Shown piece after piece: positions 44,002 to 55,100 of a DNA stretch of 64,000 nucleotides. The stretch spans positions 1,392,800 through 1,456,799 of the forward strand of contig NZ_CP061703.1 in the NCBI RefSeq assembly GCF_014764305.1. Reading direction: 5' to 3'. Source of the DNA: Mesoflavibacter profundi. GTDB taxonomy: Bacteria; Bacteroidota; Bacteroidia; Flavobacteriales; Flavobacteriaceae. The notes under the pieces were generated by a model that did no database searches, was not told the DNA's origin, and worked only from the letters and a program-made list of their open reading frames with translations. Made by a program: the position numbers and the translations under genes. Every line of letters begins with the position of its first letter. The first letter of the stretch is position 1.

Positions 44002-45108
44002 TTATAAACTTAATGATTCAAAAAAATCATCTACGAGATATTTAATTGGCATGAGTAATTCCTTATCAGATTCCATAATCAATTTAGCAAAAGGTTTTTT
44101 ATAATCATCACCAATTTTATATAAAATAATAAGTGCTTCCAATTTAGTAAACCCAAATTTTTCTAACCTATCTTCGGTAAAATCACTTTTAATCGATAAA
44201 CTTATTTTTGCATCATCAATTACTATATTAGTTAAATCTCTTTTTTCTAACCATTCATTCTTTTTAGCTTGTTTCCAAAAGAATTCAGAAAGCAAATCTT
44301 CAATTACAGTAGAAAAAGTAATTCCCTTTTTTTTAATAGATTTTAATATAGGAGAATATTTAGCACTACATTTTCTAATAATAAATGTTTTAGATTCAGC
44401 TGAGTTTATATCGATAAGATTTCTAAGTTTTTCAATCGAATCTTTCCCTGCTTTATCATCATCAAATAAACCGATTGCTTTTAAATATTTATTATCATTT
44501 GTTTTTATGGCTAATTGTTTCCCCCAAATAAATAACTGTCTCTCAACCCAAGAAGCTCCTCCTCCAAACTTTAAAGTATCAATGAATAATAACTTCTCTT
44601 TTTTAGGGTAAAACTTAGAAATAGTAGACTTAATTATTTTCTTATCAGTTGTTCCCTCTACAAATAAGGTTTCTATTTTTTCAACATTTATTCGAGATTT
44701 AACAAGACTTATATGAAATATTAAATCTCTTAAACTTTCTTTCCATTTTTCTTCACTAGCATCATAATACCAAACATTCCAAACATTTTTTAAATCTTTT
44801 TTTAACTCAATGAACTGAGTTAAACCTATAATATACATTGGAACATTTGCCTTAGTTTTTCTTCTGTATAAACTTCTAACTAATGATTCTCCGCCTGAAT
44901 CATCAGGAGAATCATCATGTTTAATAGGCATTTTTAAGTCTGTAATTAAAAGATGAAATTCTTTTCTTTGTAAATACTCAATTGCTTCTTGAACGCAAGA
45001 TGCTTGATTTATAGATAAAGTTTCTGAAATTGTTTCTTTTATTGCATTTATAATCGATGTGATTTTTTTTAAGTCATCATCAACTATGAGTATACTTATA
45101 AAACTCAT
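44002..45108 (-). CDS. Response-regulator receiver domain fused to a Toprim-like effector domain (DtcC-like)
   Basis: An N-terminal REC (ILIVDDD ... LLITDLKMP) and a C-terminal domain with LFVEGTTDKKII ... GLFDDDKAGK, a Toprim-type E...DxD pattern. A 4-bp overlap with the upstream gene. Confidence 0.6.
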   Translation of the reverse strand: MSFISILIVDDDLKKITSIINAIKETISETLSINQASCVQEAIEYLQRKEFHLLITDLKMPIKHDDSPDDSGGESLVRSLYRRKTKANVPMYIIGLTQFIELKKDLKNVWNVWYYDASEEKWKESLRDLIFHISLVKSRINVEKIETLFVEGTTDKKIIKSTISKFYPKKEKLLFIDTLKFGGGASWVERQLFIWGKQLAIKTNDNKYLKAIGLFDDDKAGKDSIEKLRNLIDINSAESKTFIIRKCSAKYSPILKSIKKKGITFSTVIEDLLSEFFWKQAKKNEWLEKRDLTNIVIDDAKISLSIKSDFTEDRLEKFGFTKLEALIILYKIGDDYKKPFAKLIMESDKELLMPIKYLVDDFFESLSL

Positions 45109-45560
45109 TTTTTTATTTCGATTATCAATTTATCTAGTTTCTCAATCCAATTATCTTCATTAGTCTTAAAAAGAACTGCTCCAATATAAAATTCTTCAAA
45201 TTCCTTGTTATATTTTTGATTCAATTCTTTAAATGTCAATGCTCCATCATTAGTTGGAAATACATCAAACATTGTAAAGAGAATAGTAGGTAGGAATAAA
45301 TTTTTTCGTTTCATTTCTCTTAGAACTTTCTCTCCTCCAAATTGTTCATAATTTCCCCCCAAATCATTATTACCCTTCCCCCACAAAGGTATAGTCATAT
45401 CTAAAATCAGAAAATCATATTCTCTGAAATTTTTCTTTAACTCGGATACACCACTTTGATAGGATTCTTTTAAAGTAATAGAGTCACTACTAAAAAATTC
45501 TTTTAGACGAGCAATTTTAGTTATATCATCCTCAATAATTAATACTTTATTCATCTTCAT
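45105..45560 (-). CDS. Stand-alone receiver (REC) domain protein (DtcB-like)
   Basis: VLIIEDD and FLILDMTIP motifs in 151 aa with no output domain. A 14-bp overlap with the upstream kinase gene. Confidence 0.6.
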   Translation of the reverse strand: MKMNKVLIIEDDITKIARLKEFFSSDSITLKESYQSGVSELKKNFREYDFLILDMTIPLWGKGNNDLGGNYEQFGGEKVLREMKRKNLFLPTILFTMFDVFPTNDGALTFKELNQKYNKEFEEFYIGAVLFKTNEDNWIEKLDKLIIEIKK

Positions 45561-48500
45561 TTAATTTTACAAAAGGAAAAAATAATTCAACTGTTAAGTT
45601 ATTTTCGGAAAATGAAAAGTCAAACATGTCTGTTTTAGCAGAGGTTTCATAAATTAGAATCCTTTTAATTTTATCAAAACCACTTTTATCCTCTTTATTT
45701 GACCTATCAATATTGGAATGGTCGTTCCAATTTTGCTTTACTTCTTCAAGTCTTTTTCTGTTTTCAGAATAATCTTCATTTTCCTTTAAATTATTACAAA
45801 ATGCAATTTTTACATATTTATCAAGATGTAAATCGATACTAATATGAATCTTAACCTCGTTAGGTGTCAGTTTAGAATGAGAAATGATATTATTTAATAA
45901 TATATTAAAAACAAATATTGTACTTGAATAAACACCAAAAGGAGCTATATTATTTTGAATAGTAGGTTTTATGAGAAAATTAGGATTAATTCGATTAGTA
46001 AGAACAATACTGGCTTCAATTACAGTATCTATACTGAGAAGTGATGTAGAGTTTGTAGTGTTTAAATAAAACCAGTCTGATATAACCTCTAACTCTTTTT
46101 GTATTTCAGTGCCAGATTTAATTAAATTAGGTATAAGTTCACAATCTGAAGTTAAATTAAATTCTCGTACTTCTTCTATACAATTATCAATAATTTCTTG
46201 AAAATTAGTCCTAATATCACCTTTAAATTTATTTACTATTTTTTTCTGTAATGATATAAGAGTGTGCTCAACTAAATTTGTAAGCAACATATCTATAATA
46301 GTTTCAGTAGTATCAAATTTTTCTCTATTTCTTTCAAAAAAATCATATAATATATCATCATTTGTGAAAAACCCAAAAATACCATAATCCTTTTCTTTTG
46401 TCTTTTCTGTTTTAATCTGGATTAGTTTATCTACTATGAAAATAATATATTCGTCAATTTCAGATGAGAATTTCTTTAGAGCTTTTTGTACTCTAATATT
46501 TTCTACGAAATAACCACTGAGTTGTTGCGCCCATACATCATTATCCTTATATTCATTATTAAGTTTTGATGTTACCAAATTAAGTTTCTCAAAAACACTT
46601 CGGATATGGTTTTTCAAAGCACCGTGTCGAATTCTGGTGCTTAAGCAGCTGTCTAAACCATGCTCTTTACTAAATAAAAAATTCTCTCTAGATTCTAAAT
46701 AAATATTTTTAAAAGCCAAATATTCTGCGGAATTATATGAGTCAATTTTTGATGAACTAATAGATAGTAATTCATCCCAGTTTTGCTTGTTAGATGGATT
46801 AAAACTAATTAATTTTTGCGCTGATGAAGATTGTTCTATTTCTTTAAATCTTTTAAAATCATCCTTAAACTTTTTAATTTGTTTTTTTTTAAGATTGTCT
46901 ACATCAATATACAGTCTACCTTCATCTACCTCTTTTAAAACTTTTCTAACTGAATTGGTTCTTAATATCTCATTTATTTCTTTTTCATATTCGGTTTTTG
47001 AATCATTATTTAATTTTATTAGAATATTAAGAATCATTACCCTATCTTCTTCGACTTCACTAATAGAACCATAATCTGAGGAATATTTAATTGTGTCAAT
47101 GGTTGATACATTTTCAAGGAAATAAATAGTCTTACTTAAACCAAAGCGATGAACAAAAGAATCAATATCTAAATTTTTTAGGTCTTCAATATTATTTGCG
47201 AATAAAAAATCATCATAAGCTTCATATAGGTCAAACTCTTTACTGTGTAATGACATAACGATAGGAAACTCAATATGCACCTCAAAACCTTGCTTGTTTT
47301 TACACTCTTTAATTTTATTAAATAAAAGGGATGTGTTAATTTTCCTTGAACTAAAATTCTCATCAAAAAAAACAAGTCCATATAATTTTAATGCTTTGGA
47401 TAGTAAATTTTGATGAAGGTAAGAGTGGAATAATAAACTTATTTTTCTTTCTCTGTAATAATTGATTGTATCAAGTTTTGAGTCATTTTCTAACAATTCT
47501 ATTACTTCAGGATATTCCTTTTTATTATAATATCTTATAGCTTCAAAAGTTTTGTTTTGTCTATAATCTTTAGAAATTGGTTTTTTTAGATTTGTTGTTA
47601 GACCTAATTTGTATTCAGCAACTTGAAAAGAAAAATTGTTTCTAACAGGGGTAAGATTTTTTATAATACATTCTCTCGTATTATGAAAGAAAAGAAACTT
47701 GCTAGTTGTGTAGCTAGAAGAAAACAAGCCTCTTATGTAGTGTTTTTCTAAATTTGCTTCAATTTCAGATATTAAACTGAATACTTGTTTTCCAAAACTT
47801 GTATTCATATATCTTAACGCTGTAGTTAATAAGAAATCAAAATGCTCTTGTTCATCATTTTTGAAACTAAATACCTGAAATACACTAAAAAGAATTTTAT
47901 CGATAGCTCTACTGATGCCTGTTTTAATAAAATCAGACTCTAAATTAATTAAAGATTTACAATAAAATTCGTAATATTCAAATTCTAAAGGGTTTTCTTT
48001 TAACCCTTCTAACGAAAACTTAAGTGTTTTTTTAAACAACCCCTTATAGTAAGAGTTGGAACAATTAAAAAACAATTCATTATCATTGGCTGTATCGTAG
48101 TCATCCTTAATATTTAATAAATTATAAAGATTTATTAATCTACTGTCGTTATGAATAATTTTTTTAGCTTTTTTAAGAAAGACTTGATAGAACCTATCAT
48201 GCTTATTGATTTTATTAGTGTTATATATTATAGCATCAATTAAAATCAAATATTGGTCTACTATAGAAAGTGTGTTTGCTACATAGTAAACGCTTTCTAA
48301 ATTTTTATAAGAATAATCGTAATTGGGGTAATTAAAATTTTTGAACACCAAAAAATCTTCAATAACTCCATCTGCATTGATGGTGTCTATGTCATTTTGA
48401 AAATGATTTAAAAAGCTCTCAAAACTCATTTTAGATTCAACTCTTTTACTACTTGAATTAATAATGAATTCATAAAGAGGAGTTTTAATCTTAGTAAGGT

Positions 48501-48957
48501 AGTCACTTAGTAAATTCCAATTAGCTTCAGTCCCATTTATATTATCTTCCACAAATAAATGAGCCTCAATGCTCCATAGGCTAATTCCAAATTTGTCTTC
48601 TATTTCTAAAACTATTAATCTCGCTTCATCATAATTATCCAACATTAATAATGTCTCGAAATTATTTTTCAATTTCATGAAATCATTAATTTCTGAGAAA
48701 TAATCTTCTAAAATATTAGTTAGCCATCTAAACTCAATCTTTAAGTTTTGAGAAAAATTAAACGGTTCTTTCAGATGTATATCCTCAATTGAATTAAAAT
48801 AGGGGGTTTTGTGCAAAAAGTTTTTGAATAAAGAATGAAGTGAAAGAGCTTCTTTAAATTGACCTGAATTTACGTTATGCTTAATTTGGTCAATTTTCTG
48901 TGGTAGAGATGTGTCTCTATTTCTTAAAATTTCAACAATTTTTTTTCTATACTGCAT
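45547..48957 (-). CDS. Large sensor protein with C-terminal histidine-kinase-like ATPase domain (DtcA-like)
   Basis: 1136 aa. The C-terminal roughly 200 aa have a GHKL-ATPase-like pattern, and a putative H-box (LSTRIRHGALKNHI) precedes it. Confidence 0.55.
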   Translation of the reverse strand: MQYRKKIVEILRNRDTSLPQKIDQIKHNVNSGQFKEALSLHSLFKNFLHKTPYFNSIEDIHLKEPFNFSQNLKIEFRWLTNILEDYFSEINDFMKLKNNFETLLMLDNYDEARLIVLEIEDKFGISLWSIEAHLFVEDNINGTEANWNLLSDYLTKIKTPLYEFIINSSSKRVESKMSFESFLNHFQNDIDTINADGVIEDFLVFKNFNYPNYDYSYKNLESVYYVANTLSIVDQYLILIDAIIYNTNKINKHDRFYQVFLKKAKKIIHNDSRLINLYNLLNIKDDYDTANDNELFFNCSNSYYKGLFKKTLKFSLEGLKENPLEFEYYEFYCKSLINLESDFIKTGISRAIDKILFSVFQVFSFKNDEQEHFDFLLTTALRYMNTSFGKQVFSLISEIEANLEKHYIRGLFSSSYTTSKFLFFHNTRECIIKNLTPVRNNFSFQVAEYKLGLTTNLKKPISKDYRQNKTFEAIRYYNKKEYPEVIELLENDSKLDTINYYRERKISLLFHSYLHQNLLSKALKLYGLVFFDENFSSRKINTSLLFNKIKECKNKQGFEVHIEFPIVMSLHSKEFDLYEAYDDFLFANNIEDLKNLDIDSFVHRFGLSKTIYFLENVSTIDTIKYSSDYGSISEVEEDRVMILNILIKLNNDSKTEYEKEINEILRTNSVRKVLKEVDEGRLYIDVDNLKKKQIKKFKDDFKRFKEIEQSSSAQKLISFNPSNKQNWDELLSISSSKIDSYNSAEYLAFKNIYLESRENFLFSKEHGLDSCLSTRIRHGALKNHIRSVFEKLNLVTSKLNNEYKDNDVWAQQLSGYFVENIRVQKALKKFSSEIDEYIIFIVDKLIQIKTEKTKEKDYGIFGFFTNDDILYDFFERNREKFDTTETIIDMLLTNLVEHTLISLQKKIVNKFKGDIRTNFQEIIDNCIEEVREFNLTSDCELIPNLIKSGTEIQKELEVISDWFYLNTTNSTSLLSIDTVIEASIVLTNRINPNFLIKPTIQNNIAPFGVYSSTIFVFNILLNNIISHSKLTPNEVKIHISIDLHLDKYVKIAFCNNLKENEDYSENRKRLEEVKQNWNDHSNIDRSNKEDKSGFDKIKRILIYETSAKTDMFDFSFSENNLTVELFFPFVKLNEDE

Positions 48958-49358
48958 TTTCTCTATACTTATTTTAACAACATAGTTCTTTTACTTTTAT
49001 CATCCAGTTCTTTATATATTCAAAATCAATATTTTCAATATGTTTTGTTATCGTTTCCCGTCTTGATTCTTCTGGTAACTGAAAATAAGTGTCATCCTTG
49101 GCTTCTTCTCTATAGTAGCCCTCTCTTTACATAATGGTTTCAACTACTTCTTCAAATTAATATGTTGGCAGAATCCCCCAATCAAAATTCTAATGTAGTT
49201 AATGTTAACTTATTTTTTGACATAAAATATTTTAGTTTATTCACGAGTTTAACTATGTCATTTACTTAATAGAAATAACATAGCTATAAAAAAATTAAGG
49301 GAGAGTTAAAGATATAATTTATTACTTAAAAGGAGATTTTTAAGTAAAAAAATATTGG

Positions 49359-49625
49359 TTAAGGTTTTTTATCAAAAACTAACAATTCTGAAGTGGTTAA
49401 ATCAAAAGCAGTTGCTATACGTTTTAACATAGAAATCTTCATCTCTTGCCTTCCTAATTCATATTTTCTTAGGTTCTGAGCATCAATTTCGGCTTTGAAA
49501 GCAATTTCTTCAATTGATAAACCTCTTTCTTTTCTCAAAGTTCTTAGGTGTTTTCCTAGTTCAATACAAAACAAGGAAACCTCGTTTTTACGTTCTCTTT
49601 TGGTCATATTCAAATTTGAGAACAA
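49359..49625 (-). CDS. XRE-family HTH transcriptional regulator
   Basis: Classic HTH_3 sequence (LGKHLRTLRKERGLSIEEIAFKAEIDAQNLRKYELG). The start may be the internal Met at 49607. Confidence 0.7.
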   Translation of the reverse strand: MFSNLNMTKRERKNEVSLFCIELGKHLRTLRKERGLSIEEIAFKAEIDAQNLRKYELGRQEMKISMLKRIATAFDLTTSELLVFDKKP

Positions 49626-49781
49626 TTAGGTATTATCAACCAATTGCAAATAACAGGTTGTTTACAACCTTTTTTGTTTTACATTTGTAAGAAAATTACA
49701 GTCATTAAGGAAAACCGTAAAGCTTTCAGAAGCTTCTGAAATATCTTTAGTGATTTTCAAATATTAATCAATCTAAATACA

Positions 49782-50219
49782 ATGAAAAACACCCGAATTA
49801 TTTTTTATTCATCATTATTAGCAACAAGTCTATTTATATCCTCATGCTCTAGTGATGATTCTTCAGAACAAAGAACAGAACCTACTACTACACAATTAGA
49901 CCTATTAAAAGGTACATGGGAAGAAAGCAATGTTACCCATGATGGCGTTGACAGTGAAACTCAAATTATTTGCAATAATGAAAGAGAACAATATGTCTTT
50001 AATGAAGATAACTCTTTTACGGAAAGATATTTTGACGATTACTGCGATGAAGACTTTGATAATGGCGAGTTTGAATTATCTGAATCTTCTCTAACATTGA
50101 ATTTTGACGATTCATCAACAGATGTATATCAAATAGTAGAATTAAATGATACGACATTAAAAATTAGCTTTGATGATGGTGGAGTATTAGTTGAAGAAAC
50201 TTATGTTAAAATAAATTAG
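49782..50219 (+). CDS. Lipocalin-like lipoprotein
   Basis: Signal peptide with an SSC lipobox and a LKGTWEE lipocalin-like start. Confidence 0.5.
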   Translation: MKNTRIIFYSSLLATSLFISSCSSDDSSEQRTEPTTTQLDLLKGTWEESNVTHDGVDSETQIICNNEREQYVFNEDNSFTERYFDDYCDEDFDNGEFELSESSLTLNFDDSSTDVYQIVELNDTTLKISFDDGGVLVEETYVKIN

Positions 50220-50230
50220 AAGATTTAAAG

Positions 50231-51274
50231 ATGAGAAAAACAAATTTTTTAATAGTACTAGCTATACTAAATTGTATGCTTTCTTTCAGTCAAGAAACAT
50301 TCAAATTTCGTGATATAAGTAGATATAGCATTTATACCGTAAGAGAAGGAACATGGTTTGTGCCAGATTATGAAGCTGAAGTAAAAAATCCAATGTATGA
50401 TGGGTTTTATAACGATGCAGTGAAAGAGTTTATTGAGGATTATGAAGTTATTTCAAAAAAATTAAGTGAATCTGAAAATGTAAAAGGTAAAGAAGGAAGG
50501 AAACTTAGAAAGTCTCTTAGCGCTCAAAGAATTGAAATTTTAACTAAATATCAACCGTACTTTAGTGGATTAAAATCTAAATGGTCTGGGACAGTACACT
50601 TTGAAGGTATTGATATTAATAGTCCAAACTTACTAGAAGAAAGTAAAAAAGTATTAAAAGAATTAGAAGGGACTAATTTGGTGATTAAGGATTTAAACGA
50701 AAAAGACCTTTTAAACAAAGTACCTAAAAAAAGTTTAACATTCAAAAAACTTATGTATTTAGGAGACAATACAAATATTAAAGGAGAATATTTTTTAGCT
50801 GGAAAAATAAAGGTTTCATACTCTTATAATGTAAATGATGGAACTTATGAAGACCAAGTGTTAGAAGGGGACAAAAATTATTCAAGATATTCTACTTATA
50901 ATTTTTTTAAAAGTGTAGATGGTTCTGGTACTGATTTTTATAATAGCAATATTGATATATATGACCCATATGCAGTAGAAAGAAAACCTAAAAAACTTAA
51001 CGCAGATGAAAAAAAAATTGTAAGTAAGATGAAAACTTACAAAGCTGAAATAACTAGTTTATTAGATAAAATTGCTCAGTATAGAAGTAAAACGAAAGCT
51101 GCTTACGAAGCAACAAAAAAAGGACAAGCTCTTCAGAAAAAAGTACAAGCATTATATGATAATAACGATGACAAATACTATGATTTCATGCAGCTATTAG
51201 ACATGGAAACAAAAGAAGTCATGGTCGAATTTAATCAAGTTTTAAAAGGGGCTGTAATTATATTTGGCTTATAG
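50231..51274 (+). CDS. Hypothetical secreted protein
   Basis: Signal peptide and a coiled-coil C-terminus. Confidence 0.45.
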   Translation: MRKTNFLIVLAILNCMLSFSQETFKFRDISRYSIYTVREGTWFVPDYEAEVKNPMYDGFYNDAVKEFIEDYEVISKKLSESENVKGKEGRKLRKSLSAQRIEILTKYQPYFSGLKSKWSGTVHFEGIDINSPNLLEESKKVLKELEGTNLVIKDLNEKDLLNKVPKKSLTFKKLMYLGDNTNIKGEYFLAGKIKVSYSYNVNDGTYEDQVLEGDKNYSRYSTYNFFKSVDGSGTDFYNSNIDIYDPYAVERKPKKLNADEKKIVSKMKTYKAEITSLLDKIAQYRSKTKAAYEATKKGQALQKKVQALYDNNDDKYYDFMQLLDMETKEVMVEFNQVLKGAVIIFGL

Positions 51275-51298
51275 TTTTAGCATTAAATAATAGAATAA

Positions 51299-51335
51299 AA
51301 AACCACTCAGTATTTGAGTGGTTTTTCATTTTTTA
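51299..51335. terminator. Bidirectional rho-independent terminator
   Basis: Hairpin aaaaaccactcagtatttgagtggtttttcatttttt. Confidence 0.55.
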
Positions 51336-51341
51336 TTCTTC

Positions 51342-51830
51342 CTAAATATCTTCTCCCCACCAATCCACAATCGTCTTAGCTTTTATCTTATCAATAGATT
51401 CTAAATTTTCACAATTTAGTATATCATCTGCTTCTATTTGATAGCAATTCCAATATCCAGAGAAAAAATCATCCATTACCTTTAACTCAGAATGTGGTGT
51501 ATCCTTCCCATCTACTATAATAAGAACATATTTTACAGCTCCTTTATGAAATATCGTAATATGTGGAACAAATAATAATTTTCCTCTATCAAAATCTGGT
51601 TTAAACCATTCAAGATAATCTACATATTGTTCATCCCTTTCATTGTAAGGAATAATACCTTTAGATTCTTCAAAATAATAAGAGTTATCAGATTCATAAA
51701 AAGGTAAATCTTTATAAACACCATAATTTCGTTTCCAATGGAATTGTGCTATTTCCGAAGAATCACCAGACATGTCTTCTTTCCTTAATATTTTAAATAA
51801 TTTTTCTTTTGCTTTTTCTATTTTATTCAT
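51342..51830 (-). CDS. Hypothetical protein
   Basis: ORF only. Confidence 0.4.
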   Translation of the reverse strand: MNKIEKAKEKLFKILRKEDMSGDSSEIAQFHWKRNYGVYKDLPFYESDNSYYFEESKGIIPYNERDEQYVDYLEWFKPDFDRGKLLFVPHITIFHKGAVKYVLIIVDGKDTPHSELKVMDDFFSGYWNCYQIEADDILNCENLESIDKIKAKTIVDWWGEDI

Positions 51831-51834
51831 TTTT

Positions 51835-52005
51835 TTAGTTTTTTACTTTTTCTAGAAATTCCTTTAATTGACCTTGAGATATTCTTACAGTATTATCGAT
51901 TTTATAACTTTTTAAATCCCCTTTTTTTATCCAATTATCTATTGTGAATATGGATACTGAAAAATAAGACTGAAGTTCTTTACGTGTGTATAACCTTTCT
52001 TCCAT
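51835..52005 (-). CDS. Small Xis/AlpA-like HTH DNA-binding protein (56 aa; not in the supplied ORF track)
   Basis: My manual translation gives MEERLYTRKELQSYFSVSIFTIDNWIKKGDLKSYKIDNTVRISQGQLKEFLEKVKN. This is the HTH_17-type pattern common in Bacteroidota mobile elements. Confidence 0.5.
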   Translation of the reverse strand: MEERLYTRKELQSYFSVSIFTIDNWIKKGDLKSYKIDNTVRISQGQLKEFLEKVKN

Positions 52006-52198
52006 GTTTGTTTAATTTCTTATTGCTTTATACTATATATATACTTTAAGCTAATATGATTTAGTAGTAAGCAGATAAGTTTAGATATAAAAATCAATTA
52101 TTAGTGAGTACCTATATTTTCAAAATATTACTTTAGCAAGGGGTGAATTTTGGAAGTATTCATGAAAGTAATCCTTAAATTTTTACAACAATATAAAT

Positions 52199-55100
52199 AT
52201 GACACATAAGAGCATTCAATTTAAAATAACATCAGTTGAAAAAAATCAAAATGGGTATACACCTCTTGATTATGATAAAAAATACTTTACGGACTACAAT
52301 GCTAGATTCAGTATAGGTAGTAAGGATTATGGTCGTAAAGTGTTATTCTACGGAAGAACTTCTCTTAAATATAGATTTCAGTCCGAAATAGAGGAGGCTA
52401 AAAGAGCTGAACTATCCATTTTCGAACATGAAGAAAAGTCAAAAACACCTAGAAGTATAAACGAAAAGGATTATCATGTTGATGGAATATATGCACATTA
52501 CAGTACTAATGAACTTATTATTGCTTTAAATGCATTTTCTGCCCAAAATATTTCTTCCCATTATTCTATGAAAATGGAATTGAAAGACCTTAAGAAGAAA
52601 TCCATTGAACAAGGTATTGAATTTGAAATACCTTCAAGATATAATTACAAAGCTAAGGGATTAGTTATTTCAAAACGATTAATGAAAGGAGGGATAAGTA
52701 CACAGTATAATTCTATTTGTCAGGGTTCTCCATTTTTGTTTTTTGATGTAGATGTAAAGCCAGAAGAAAACCCAAGATTATATACAGATGATGGGATTCC
52801 TAATAAGTTAAATACCGAAGTGTTTGAATATTTAAAAAAAATCGCTCTAATAACAGCTAGGTCAGCAAGTGGACTTGGTATTTGTGGTGTTATATATGTT
52901 CCTAGTTTAGCGAATGAAACTGATAATAGACTTCATAAAAGTATGGGGATGGCAGTTTATGATTACATTAATAATAAACTAGACCTACCTTGTAAAATTA
53001 AATTTGATGAAGCTCAAGCTCAATTTACTCAAGGACGTTCGTTTCCTGTTCAGTTTTATAGTAACAATGACAGATATAATTGGGATAAAATAGAATTAAA
53101 TAAAGATGCTATCGAATTTAAAATTGAGTCTATTGAAGTTGATAAAGAACTAAATGAAGTTAGATATGAAAATAAAAGAGAGGAATCAACATACACATAC
53201 ACATACACTGATGATGATTATAATCAAGAATATAACAATCAACCATTAATTAAAAAATATAACATGGAACATTTCTGTTATGAAATATTCATGAACAATG
53301 GATATGAAATAACTAAAGAAGAAAATTCTCAAGGATATTCTAAACTATCAAAAGTAGGTAAGAGAAATGATTCCATATCATTATCAAGTAATAACACATT
53401 TAAATGTTTTACGAGTAGCCTAAAGGGTTTTACCCCATTTGATTTATTATCTCAACTTGAATTTAATGGCGATTCCAGAGAGGCTTATAATTATGTTAAG
53501 AGTATTTATGAAGAAAAAAATAACAAAGAAATATTTGATACAAAATCTGTTCTGAATAATTGGGAATTGCTTGATGATGAAGATAAATTTTATGACCATC
53601 CAATGGAGAGTCTTGAAAAAACTTACTCATTAGTAGAGTTAAATGAAGTCATTGGTTCAAATACAATTTTTAACTCTTTTAAAATTGACGATAATGGTAA
53701 ATTTGAAGTTGTAGATACTACTGCAAAAGATTTATTAGGAATAACAGAACGAGATATTGAATTATCTCTTCATAGAACATACAAATCCACAGGTTACGAA
53801 TATCCTGTTCTTGACATAATTAAAAATACTGATATATGCACAACTTTAAAGGTTGAGGGATTTCTAACAACAGATTTAATCATTAAGAATTGTACATCAT
53901 ATATAAACTATATATATGCAGGTTGTGGATTAGGAAAAACAACAACCTTTCTGGGTAAAAACAATCCTAATATAGATGGCTTAACGAAAGATTTTAGTGT
54001 CTTATTTATAGTACCTCGTAAAATGATGGTAGAACAACAAGCTCTAACAGCAAATGGTTTATGTCAAATAGTTGCATCTACTGGAGATAAAATAATTAAA
54101 ACTAATGATGGCATTGAATATATTCAGTCAATTGGTAACAATTCTGAAAAATTATATGATGATAAAAATAATCTTAAATCTGTAATTTTAACCTATGACC
54201 AATTCGTTCATCTTCCAAATGATTTAGTTTCTAAATATGATTACATTGTTTTTGACGAAGCTCACTTATTAACTTCAGATTCTTATAGAGAAGCAATTCC
54301 AAAATCATTTTTAAAAATTGAAGAAGTTAAAAAAGAAAACTCAAAGGCAAAATTTATTTTATTATCTGCAACTCCTAGTATAGAATTATTGACAATATCT
54401 AAATATCATAAAAATGATTTTAAACTTTTAAACATTGTTAAATCTCACAAGGAGACTCCATCTTTATACGTGCATAATTTTATTCATACCGATAGAGTAA
54501 AAAAAGATATCCAAATATTTGAGCAAGTAGTATCTGATTTAGACCAAGGAAAGAAAGTTGTAATTTTTTGTGAAAATAAAAATCAAATAAATTTACAATG
54601 GAACAAGTTAGAGGAATACTGCAATGATATGGGGATTAAGCCTCCATCAAGAAGTTATGTTTCATCAGAATCAAAAGAGCTAGACCTTTATAAAGAATTA
54701 GTAAAAAATGAAAATCTTAATGTAGATTTAATGTATAGTACCTCTGTATTAAATGTTGGTGTAAATATATCATCAGGGGTAGAGAAAGGGGTAAGTTTTA
54801 TTTTTGATTATAGTTCTAATAATGGCTATGACACAGCTATAGGGCAAATTCAATTATTATTTAGAAACCGTTCTAGATTAACTGAAATACATTGTTTCTC
54901 TAATTTGATGGATACTTCAAATCCTAATTTGTTCAAAATTAATAAACCTGCAATCAAAAACGATGAAGTCAATTCTATCTTTGACAAGAACAAATTAGAT
55001 AAAACTTATGAAAATAAAACGCTAGCAAAAAGCACTAAATATAGTGATGTGAGTTTTAGTCATTTTGAAGAAGTATCAGATTGTGCAACAGCTACATTTG

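Noticed and set aside
53190-53210. (acatac)3 microsatellite inside the 1402-aa gene, translating as TYTYTY
   Set aside because: Only three units, in frame and within coding sequence. It is too short to argue for slipped-strand phase variation.
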